A DNA stretch of 32,000 nt from an uncultured Actinomycetes bacterium (lineage in GTDB: Bacteria; Actinomycetota; Actinomycetes; S36-B12; CAIYMF01), in the NCBI GenBank assembly GCA_963843975.1, contig CAWJMG010000003.1:2370001-2402000 (forward strand), in the 5' to 3' direction. Made by a program: the position numbers and the translations under genes. The notes under the pieces were generated by a model that saw only the letters and a program-made list of their open reading frames with translations, ran no database searches and was not told where the DNA came from. Positions 7,272 to 14,600 of the stretch are shown here, one piece after another; the stretch's first letter is position 1, and each line of letters starts with the position of its first letter.

Positions 7272-7933
7272 TCAGCGCACAGGTCGAGCGTGCGGGACTT
7301 CTGCTGGGATGAGCCTTCGAGCAGCCCGCCGACGCGACGATCGATCTCGTCACGGATCATGCGGACCGCCTCGATGGGCTTGCCGTGCGGGTCGGGGAGG
7401 TCCCAGTCGAGGTAGCGCTTGCCGGGATACACGGGGCAGGTGTCACCGCAGCCCATGGTCACGATGACTTCCGAGGCGCGCACGACGTCGTCGGTGAGCG
7501 GCTTCGGGAAGGCCTGGGTCAGCGTGATGCCGATCTCGGCCATCGCTGCGGTCACCACCGGGTGGATTCCATCACCGGGGTCGGATCCGGCGGAGCGGAC
7601 GTGCACGCGACCCGCAGACCGGTGCTGCAGGAGGGCGGCGGCCATCTGAGACCGGCCGGCGTTCCTGACACAGATGAACAGGACCTCGGGAACACCTGCC
7701 GGGCGGATCCCGAGAGACGCTGCGCGCGCGGAGAGCCGCTCACGCGCGAACTTCCGCGTCAGCACCACGAGGAAGTCCGTGACGCGCGAGCGACCTTCCA
7801 GCAACGCGTAGCTCTCGGTCACGACCGCGGCGACCTCGTCGCGCGTGAACGCTCCGTCGTAGAGGTACGACAGGTCGTCGACGAGCTTGTCGAGGGCGTC
7901 AGAGGGCGCGCCCGCGGGGCGTTCTCGTGTCAC
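7272..7933 (-). CDS. arsC: Second LMW-PTP arsenate reductase with a ~75-aa N-terminal helical extension; apparent frameshift near the 3' end (no in-frame stop until 6077)
   Basis: The GTG at 7933 has an AGGAGG RBS overlapping the arsR stop. The P-loop reads VLFICVRNAGRSQMA, followed by TMGCGDTCP. After ..RRVGGLLEG the reading frame stays open for 1.2 kb. The +2 frame gives LIPAEVPHARPVR-stop at 7272, which is the expected length. Confidence 0.7.
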
Positions 7934-7944
7934 CAGTTCCTCCT

Positions 7945-8319
7945 TCAGCGCCGGCCGAGGACGCGCTGCAGCTCGTCGAGCCGCGAGGGGACGACGGAGT
8001 ACCAGACCCACGTGCCGCGCTTCTCGCCCGAGATGAGCCCGGCCTCGCGCAGCACCTTGAGGTGGTGGCTCACGGTGGGCTGGCTCTTGCCGACGGGCTC
8101 GACGAGGTCGCAGGCGCACGCCTCGCCGGTGTCCGCGGTGGCGATGAGGTTGAGCAGCTGCAGGCGCACGGGGTCGGCGAGCGCCTTGAACGCCTCAGCG
8201 AGAGTGGCGGCGCCGTCGGCGTCGATGGTCTCTCGCCGGATCGGGCTGCAGCAGTCGGCGAGGTCGAGCACCGGCAGCTCCAGCCCCGGGCTCGCCGGGA
8301 TCACAGAATTCTTCGACAC
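7945..8319 (-). CDS. arsR: ArsR/SmtB-family metalloregulator
   Basis: C-terminus of ORF 7945..8913(-). It has the wHTH (KSQPTVSHHLKVLREAGLI), an N-terminal vicinal Cys pair (DLADCCSP) and an alpha-3 EACACDL. The start is uncertain between GTG 8319 and ATG 8358. Confidence 0.85.
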   Translation of the reverse strand: MSKNSVIPASPGLELPVLDLADCCSPIRRETIDADGAATLAEAFKALADPVRLQLLNLIATADTGEACACDLVEPVGKSQPTVSHHLKVLREAGLISGEKRGTWVWYSVVPSRLDELQRVLGRR

Positions 8320-8325
8320 ACGTGA

Positions 8326-8389
8326 ATATTGACATGAGTCGATGCTTCGGTGCAACATCGACACAGGTAGATATTGATGTTCGTCGATG
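8326..8389. promoter_or_regulatory. ars divergent promoter/operator region with TCGATG-containing repeats
   Basis: Direct repeats atattgaCATGAgtcgatg (8326-8344) and atattgaTGTTCgtcgatg (8371-8389), plus an inverted repeat gtcgatg (8338-8344) / catcgac (8356-8362). This is an AT-rich island between arsR and the ArsI/CadI-like gene. Confidence 0.5.
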
Positions 8390-8403
8390 TATCCGGAGGA
8401 ACC

Positions 8404-8892
8404 ATGGAGACCGCCACCCCCACCCGCGTCCAGCTCGCGCTCAACGTCGACGACGTCGAGGCGGCAACGGCGTTCTACTCGAAGCTCTTCGGCGTCGAGC
8501 CCGCCAAGACCCGGCCCGGCTACGCCAACTTCGCCATCGCCAGCCCGCCGCTGAAGCTCGTCCTCCTCGAGAACAAGGGCCAGGGCGGCACCCTCAACCA
8601 CCTCGGTGTCGAGGTGGCGTCCGTCGACCTGGTCGACGCCGAGCAGACGCGCCTCGCCGACGTCGGCCTCGCCTCGGTCGACGAGCGCGGCACGACCTGC
8701 TGCTACGCCAAGCAGGACAAGTTCTGGGTCGAGGGCTCCCCGGACGGCGAGCGCTGGGAGATCTACACGGTGCTCTCCGACAGCCCGAGCTTCTTCGCCG
8801 AGGACGTGAGCACGGCGGCCGAGGCCGGCTGCTGCGCTCCCGCCTCCGCTGAGACCGAGCCCGTCACCGCGGGCGCTCCGGCCTGCTGCTGA
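8404..8892 (+). CDS. ArsI/CadI-family VOC (glyoxalase-fold) metalloenzyme, candidate C-As lyase
   Basis: ATG at 8404 follows GGAGGA. Starts METATPTRVQLALNVDD.. and contains LNHLGVEV, the vicinal Cys pair GTTCCYAKQDKFW and ERWEIYTV. The C-terminal tail is Cys-rich (GCCAP...APACC). Confidence 0.82.
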   Translation: METATPTRVQLALNVDDVEAATAFYSKLFGVEPAKTRPGYANFAIASPPLKLVLLENKGQGGTLNHLGVEVASVDLVDAEQTRLADVGLASVDERGTTCCYAKQDKFWVEGSPDGERWEIYTVLSDSPSFFAEDVSTAAEAGCCAPASAETEPVTAGAPACC

Positions 8893-8933
8893 GAGCGCCG
8901 CACCTGAATCCACGCACCACCGAAGGAGCTGTC

Positions 8934-9116
8934 ATGAACCCGTACGACCTCACCTCGGCCGCGGCACGCGCCCACGTCCACGAGCTGCGCGATGCCGCAT
9001 GCGCCTCGCAGCTGGCGGCTCGGGCAGCGTGCGCACGGTCCACGAATGCCTCGTCCACCGCGGCCCGCCTGCGCGCCGCCCTGCACCTGGGGCGCGCTGC
9101 GACGGACTGCGGCTGA
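8934..9116 (+). CDS. Small hypothetical protein (60 aa, 4 Cys)
   Basis: Strong GAAGGAG RBS 6 nt upstream of the ATG. The gene is followed by a strong hairpin. No recognisable family; Ala/Arg-rich. Confidence 0.4.
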   Translation: MNPYDLTSAAARAHVHELRDAACASQLAARAACARSTNASSTAARLRAALHLGRAATDCG

Positions 9117-9133
9117 GCCGACGACCGACAGCT

Positions 9134-9163
9134 GGGCCCGGGAACCACACGGTTCCCGGGCCC
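9134..9163. terminator. Bidirectional hairpin terminator between convergent genes
   Basis: Perfect 13-bp stem, gggcccgggaacc (9134-9146) pairing with ggttcccgggccc (9151-9163), with a 4-nt loop acac. Confidence 0.7.
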
Positions 9164-9172
9164 GGCTGCGTG

Positions 9173-10135
9173 TCAGCCGAAGACGCCGGGCGTCACGCGG
9201 ACCGCGCCGACAGGCTCGCCGCCACCGAGCAGCGTGAGCTCGTCGAGCTCCGCCAGCACCGGGGCGTCCACGCCGAGCGCACGGAGCGCGGCGGCGAGCA
9301 GCAGCGGCCGTGCGCGCGTCGATCCGTCGTCGACCTTGAGAGCCACGGCGCGGCCGTCGGCGAGGGCCGCGGCGTACACGCCCTCGGCGCCGTCCTTCAC
9401 CAGCAGCCCCGGCACCCCGGCCATGAACGCAGTGGCGTCGTGGCCGTGCCCGCCGACGTACGCCGGGTGCGCGCGCATCGCGTCGGCCACGAGCCGCTCG
9501 GGCGAGCCGGCCTCCGCGGTGACGCAGCGGGCGAACGATCGGGCGAGCGCCGTCAGGGACATCGAGACGACCGGGGCGCCGCAGCCGTCGACCCCGACTG
9601 CGGCCGCGCCCTCGCCTGAGATCCTCGCGATCGTCGCGGTGAGGTGCTGCTGAAGCGGGTGATCGACGGAGCGGTAGTCGTCGAGAGGCCAGCCCTGCGC
9701 GACGCAGGTGGCGAGCATCGCCGCGTGCTTGCCCGAGCAGTTCATGAGGATCGGAGCGGCGTGCCCGCCGGTGCGCACCAGCCCCTCGCGCGCCTGCTCC
9801 CCCAGCGGCCAGTCAGCAGGGGTGCGGAGGTCGCTCTCGGAAAGGCCTGCGGCAGCGAGGATCTCGCGGACGGCCACGAGATGGTGGGGCTCGCCCCAGT
9901 GCGAGGCGGCCGAGATCGCCAGATGGGCGTCGCGCCCGGGGTAGCCGAGCTCGACCATCCCCGCGGCCTGCATCGGCTTGCTGGACGAGCGCGGGAAGAC
10001 CGGCGACGTGATGTCGCCGAGAGCGTGCAGCACCGAGCCGTCGGAGTCGAGGACGACGAGGGAGCCGCGGTGCACCCCCTCGACGAAGCCGCTGCGCACG
10101 ACCTCCGCGAGGACGACGGAGGAGCGGTCAGGCAC
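9173..10135 (-). CDS. Asparaginase (L-asparaginase II / PF06089-like family)
   Basis: C-terminal 320 aa of ORF 9173..10666(-). Motifs are FPRSSSKPMQA, NCSGKHAAML, VDGCGAP and KDGAEGV. The GTG at 10135 overlaps the upstream stop by 8 nt. Confidence 0.82.
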   Translation of the reverse strand: MPDRSSVVLAEVVRSGFVEGVHRGSLVVLDSDGSVLHALGDITSPVFPRSSSKPMQAAGMVELGYPGRDAHLAISAASHWGEPHHLVAVREILAAAGLSESDLRTPADWPLGEQAREGLVRTGGHAAPILMNCSGKHAAMLATCVAQGWPLDDYRSVDHPLQQHLTATIARISGEGAAAVGVDGCGAPVVSMSLTALARSFARCVTAEAGSPERLVADAMRAHPAYVGGHGHDATAFMAGVPGLLVKDGAEGVYAAALADGRAVALKVDDGSTRARPLLLAAALRALGVDAPVLAELDELTLLGGGEPVGAVRVTPGVFG

Positions 10136-10685
10136 CGGGCGGGGCGGTGAGCAGGTCGTCGACGCTGGCCAGGCCCTCGCGGTAGCGGCGTCCGATCTCG
10201 GCCTGGAAGAAGTCCACGACGTGCTGGACCTCGCGACGGACCTCCGACACCTCGTGCTCGGTCTCGAGCAGGGCCTGGATGCCGGCGACGAGCTCGTCGT
10301 CGGAGAGGTGCGAGACGTCCGACAGCTCGGTGTCGGCGACGATGGCCTCCTCCTTGCGCCGGTGCTCGTCGAGCCGGCTGGGCTCGGTGTGCATGTGACG
10401 GCCGCTGCCGTGGGTGCTGCGCTGGCCGGGCCCGGCGAGGATCTGGGGAAGGGCGTCGATGATCGAGCCCTCCATGGTGCCGTCACGGCGCGCCTGCTCG
10501 GCACGCAGCAGGTCGATGCGCGCGATGAGCTTGGACCGGTTGTGGGAGAGGTCGGTCTCCTCCTGGTCCGCATCGGCCCGGCGCTCGCGCACCTCGGCCA
10601 TGGTGAGCTCCTCGACGCCCTGGACGAACGCGGGGTCGAGCACGCGGTCGACGCGACGGCGTCCACCCGGCATCGGCTTGGTCAT
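10128..10685 (-). CDS. RsiG-family protein (c-di-GMP-dependent anti-sigma-WhiG-like)
   Basis: 185-aa ORF with N-terminus PGGRRRVDRVLDP. It has two helical motifs: ETDLSHNRSKLIARID (Gln replaced by Ile) and EHEVSEVRREVQHVVD, a perfect E-x3-S-x2-R-x3-Q-x3-D. Confidence 0.72.
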   Translation of the reverse strand: MTKPMPGGRRRVDRVLDPAFVQGVEELTMAEVRERRADADQEETDLSHNRSKLIARIDLLRAEQARRDGTMEGSIIDALPQILAGPGQRSTHGSGRHMHTEPSRLDEHRRKEEAIVADTELSDVSHLSDDELVAGIQALLETEHEVSEVRREVQHVVDFFQAEIGRRYREGLASVDDLLTAPPGA

Positions 10686-11536
10686 GCGGCCACCCCAGTC
10701 CTTCGGTCCTTGATGGTGAGCATTGCACGCGCCCCGTCACAGGTCATCGGCACGCGGAGGGCCAACCTTGAGAGCTCAGCGGCTCTTTCTACAAGTTCGG
10801 CGTTGTCGCGCACCGGGCGCCCCGGCGCGAACGTGAGCGTGTCCTCCATGCCGACCCGCAGGTGCCCACCCGCCGAGAGCGCGGCGAGCGCCACCGGCAT
10901 GGTCGAGCGTCCCACGCCCGTGGCCGAGAACGTCGCACCCTCGGGCAGCATGCGCGCCATCGTGACGACCGAGTCCGCCGTCCCCGGGGCGCCCCCGGGC
11001 ACACCGAGCACGAGGTCGCAGTGGACCTTCCCGCCGTACGGAAGGCCCTCCTTGTCCAGGAGGCGGTTCAGCGCCACGACATGGCCGAGGTCGAACAGCT
11101 CGAACTCGGGCACGATCTCGAGCGCCTGGGTCTTGCGGTAGAGCTCGACCATGAAGTCCCAGGGGTTCATGAAGACGTCGGGGCCGAAGTTGACCGTGCC
11201 GCAGGTGAGCGAGCAGGAGTCCGGGTCGGCGTCCAGGACGCGCAGGCGGTTCTCGTAGGGGTCGGTCACGGCCCCGCCCGTGCTCAGCTGGACGACGAGA
11301 TCGGTGCTCTCGCGCAGGGCGGCGACGGTGTCGGTGAGCCGCCCGAGGTCGAGCGTGGGCCGCGCGTCGGCGTCGCGGATGTGCACGTGGATCAGCCCGG
11401 CGCCGGCCGCTTCGCAGGCCTTCGCGGTGGCCACGAGCTCGTCGAGCGTCACCGGCAGTGCGGGGGCATCCGATTTGTCCGTTTCGGCCCCGGTCGGGGC
11501 CACGGTGATGAGCGTCTCAGCGGGCACGACGCACAT
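10682..11536 (-). CDS. 3-keto-5-aminohexanoate cleavage enzyme family protein (BKACE / DUF849)
   Basis: ORF 10682..11593(-), with the ATG at 11536 ([18 protein letters not shown]..). Motifs are IHVHIRD, QLSTGG and [10 protein letters not shown]. Its stop overlaps the RsiG start as ATGA. Confidence 0.85.
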   Translation of the reverse strand: MCVVPAETLITVAPTGAETDKSDAPALPVTLDELVATAKACEAAGAGLIHVHIRDADARPTLDLGRLTDTVAALRESTDLVVQLSTGGAVTDPYENRLRVLDADPDSCSLTCGTVNFGPDVFMNPWDFMVELYRKTQALEIVPEFELFDLGHVVALNRLLDKEGLPYGGKVHCDLVLGVPGGAPGTADSVVTMARMLPEGATFSATGVGRSTMPVALAALSAGGHLRVGMEDTLTFAPGRPVRDNAELVERAAELSRLALRVPMTCDGARAMLTIKDRRTGVAA

Positions 11537-11663
11537 CGTGGCACGTCCGGCACCGCCCGCGACGACGAGTCGGCCCCGAGCGCTCAATCCCACGGGGTTG
11601 TCGGCCGAAGAGCACTACAGCGCCCGGACTGGGCGCGCGGGCGAACGACGGAGGAGGTCAGGC

Positions 11664-14600
11664 GTGCCTGACGGCGGCTTCACGGCCCGCGTGGACAGCC
11701 TCCTGCTCGAGCTGGCCTCGCAGGAGGCCACCGGCTGCCTCATCGTCACCGAGCCCCAGGGCGAGCAGTCGACGGTGTGGTTCCGGGACGGCTACGTCTA
11801 CGCGGTCTCGGTGCCCGGTCGCCGGCCCCTGCTCGGCGTCCGCCTCATGTCCTCCGGCGTCCTCACCCCCGAGGCCCTCGCCGAGGCCCTCGAGGTGCAG
11901 CGCACCGAGCTGCAGGGCTGGCGCCTCGGCGAGCTCCTCGTCCACCTCGGGTTCGTCGACCGCGCCGTGGTCGAGTCCTTCGTGTGCGAGCAGGTCCGCG
12001 ACCAGGTCGCCGACCTCCTGCACTGGCAGGTCGCCGAGAAGAAGTTCCGCAACGGCAAGCGCACCCGCCAGGATGTCGCCCCGCCGATGGAGGTCACCGA
12101 GCTGCTCGGTGCCGCCCGTCGCCGCGACGAGCAGTGGGCCTCGATCGTCCCATTCATCGGCGGAGCCGACGCCGTCCCCGTGCTCTCCACCGCTGCCCCG
12201 GCCGCGCCGGACGTCGTCCTCGGCCCCTACGACTGGGCCCTGCTGTGCAAGGTGGACGGCAACCGCACCATCGCCGACCTCGCGGACGACTGCGGCTTCA
12301 CCATCTTCGAGGCGGGCATGGTCGTCGTCGGCCTGCTCGAGGCGGCACTGGTCCAGATCGACGGCGGCGAGGCCGAGGAGCCGAGCACGCCGTGGTGGAA
12401 CGAGGACAACCCCTCGGACGCGGACGTCGCCGCCTCGGTCGCCAAGGTCACCGCGGCCCTCACCGACATGGGGATGCCGGCCGCGCCCTCACCGTTCACC
12501 GCCGCTCCCCTGCGCGGCTCCCGCACGACCCACCAGCCCGAGCGCACGTCGCCCTTCTCCAGCGCGCCGGCGCCGCAGCTGGCCGAGGTCGTGTCCCTCG
12601 ACGCCGAGCGCGAGGCCCGGGACGAGGTCGATCGGATCGAGGCCGAGCGCGCGGAGGCCGACCGCGTCGAGGCTGAGCGCATCGCCGCCGAGGACGAGTC
12701 CGCACGCCTCGAAGCCGAGCGCCTCGAAGCCGAGCGCCTCGAAGCCGAGCGCCTCGAAGCAGAGCGTCTCGAGGCCGAGCGCATCGCCGCCGAGGAAGAA
12801 GCCGCACGCATCGAGGCCGAGCGCCTCGAAGCCGAGCGCCTCGAAGCCGAGCGCCTCGAAGCAGAGCGCCTCGAAGCAGAGCGTCTCGAAGCAGAGCGTC
12901 TCGAGGCCGAGCGCATCGCCGCCGAGGAAGAAGCCGCACGCATCGAGGCCGAGCGCCTCGAAGCCGAGCGCCTCGAAGCCGAGCGCCTCGAAGCAGAGCG
13001 TCTCGAAGCAGAGCGTCTCGAGGCCGAGCGCATCGCCGCCGAGGAAGAAGCCGCACGCATCGAGGCCGAGCGCCTCGAAGCCGAGCGCCTCGAAGCCGAG
13101 CGCCTCGAAGCAGAGCGTCTCGAAGCAGAGCGTCTCGAGGCAGAGCGCCTCGAGGCAGAGCGCATCGCCGCCGAGGAAGAAGCCGCACGCATCGAAGCCG
13201 AGCGCCTCGAGGCTGAGCGTCTCGAGGCTGAGCGTCTCGAAGCCGAGCGTCTCGAGGCAGAGCGCCTCGAGGCAGAGCGCATCGCCGCCGAGGAAGAAGC
13301 CGCACGCATCGAGGCCGAGCGCCTGGAAGCCGAGCGCCTGGAAGCCGAGCGTCTCGAAGCAGAGCGCCTCGAAGCAGAGCGCCTCGAAGCAGAGCGCCTC
13401 GAAGCAGAGCGCCTCGAAGCAGAGCGCCTCGAAGCAGAGCGCCTCGAAGCAGAGCGCCTCGAAGCAGAGCGCCTCGAAGCAGAGCGCCTCGAAGCAGAGC
13501 GCCTCGAAGCAGAGCGCCTCGAAGCAGAGCGCCTCGAAGCAGAGCGCCTCGAAGCAGAGCGCCTCGAAGCAGAGCGCCTCGAAGCAGAGCGCCTCGAAGC
13601 AGAGCGCCTCGAAGCAGAGCGCCTCGAAGCAGAGCGCCTCGAAGCAGAGCGCCTCGAAGCAGAGCGCCTCGAAGCAGAGCGCCTCGAAGCAGAGCGCCTC
13701 GAAGCAGAGCGCCTCGAAGCAGAGCGCCTCGAAGCAGAGCGCCTCGAAGCAGAGCGCCTCGAAGCAGAGCGCCTCGAAGCAGAGCGTCTCGAAGCAGAGC
13801 GTCTCGAAGCAGAGCGCCTGGAGGCCGAGCGTCTCGAGGCCGAGCGCATCGCCGCCGAGGACGAGGCCGCACGCATCGAGGCCGAGCGCCTGGAAGCTGA
13901 GCGTCTCGAAGCAGAGCGCATCGCCGCCGAGGAAGAAGCCGCACGCATCGAGGCCCAGCGCCTCGAAGCCGAGCGCCTCGAAGCAGAGCGCGTCGAAGCA
14001 GAGCGCCTGGAGGCCGACCGTCTCGAGGCCGAGCGCATCGCCGCCGAGGAAGAAGCCGCACGCATCGAGGCCGAGCGCGTCGAAGCAGAGCGCCTCGAAG
14101 CAGAGCGTCTCGCTGCGGCGGAGGCTGCCGAGCAGCTCGCCCGCGAGGAGATGGCGCGCTGGGCGGCCGAGGAGGCCGAGCGCGCGGCGATGATCGAGGC
14201 GCAGGCGACGTACGAGCGCGAGCAGGCCGAGATCCTCGGCCGCGGCTTCGCCGAGCCCGTCCCGACGCTCGAGGACAGCCCGTGGGGGACGCCGGCCACC
14301 CTGGATGCGCCCGCCGCGTTCCACCCCGACGAGGAGCTCGCCCCCGCAGCGTCGGTGTCCTTCGCCGACGTGTACGGCGGGTCCGACTTCACCGAGGTCG
14401 ACGCTCCGGCGGCGTACCTCGACCTCGACGCGCCGGTCGAGCCCGAGCAGCTCGTGCCCGAGATCGCCGAGATGCCCGAGCCGGTCACCGTGCCCGCCGC
14501 ACCTCGCTCGACGCCCGACTACAGCGGCGGCTTCGTCGTCTCGCCCGAGATCGCCCAGCCCGGTGCCTCCGAGGGCGCCGACATGGCCGCGCTGCTGCGC

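Noticed and set aside
6077-8119. A single 680-aa ArsC-linker-MIP fusion protein, by analogy with known channel-reductase fusions.
   Set aside because: The 400-codon linker is Arg/Pro/Gly-rich shadow sequence that fully overlaps arsC1. arsC1 has its own RBS and GTG and an intact P-loop in another frame. The MIP has its own GTG overlapping the arsC1 stop. An alternative frame also restores a normal-length ArsC2.
4830-9170. The arsenic cluster as a mobile genomic island.
   Set aside because: No integrase, transposase or tRNA attachment site is present, no flanking direct or inverted repeats were found, and there is no obvious GC shift relative to the neighbours.
13356-13775. CRISPR array, as a possible explanation for the regular short repeats.
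   Set aside because: The units are directly adjacent 15-mers with no spacers, lie inside a CDS in frame, and no cas genes are present in the window.
12227-14488. Long reverse-strand and alternative-frame ORFs across the repeat: 753 aa of SASRR repeats, 611 aa of EALCF repeats, 521 aa of GALLR repeats and 706 aa of SKQSA repeats.
   Set aside because: A 15-bp in-frame repeat lacking stop triplets is open in all six frames. Only the ERLEA frame is continuous with a recognisable N-terminal domain, has a strong RBS and start, and shows synonymous-only variation between units.
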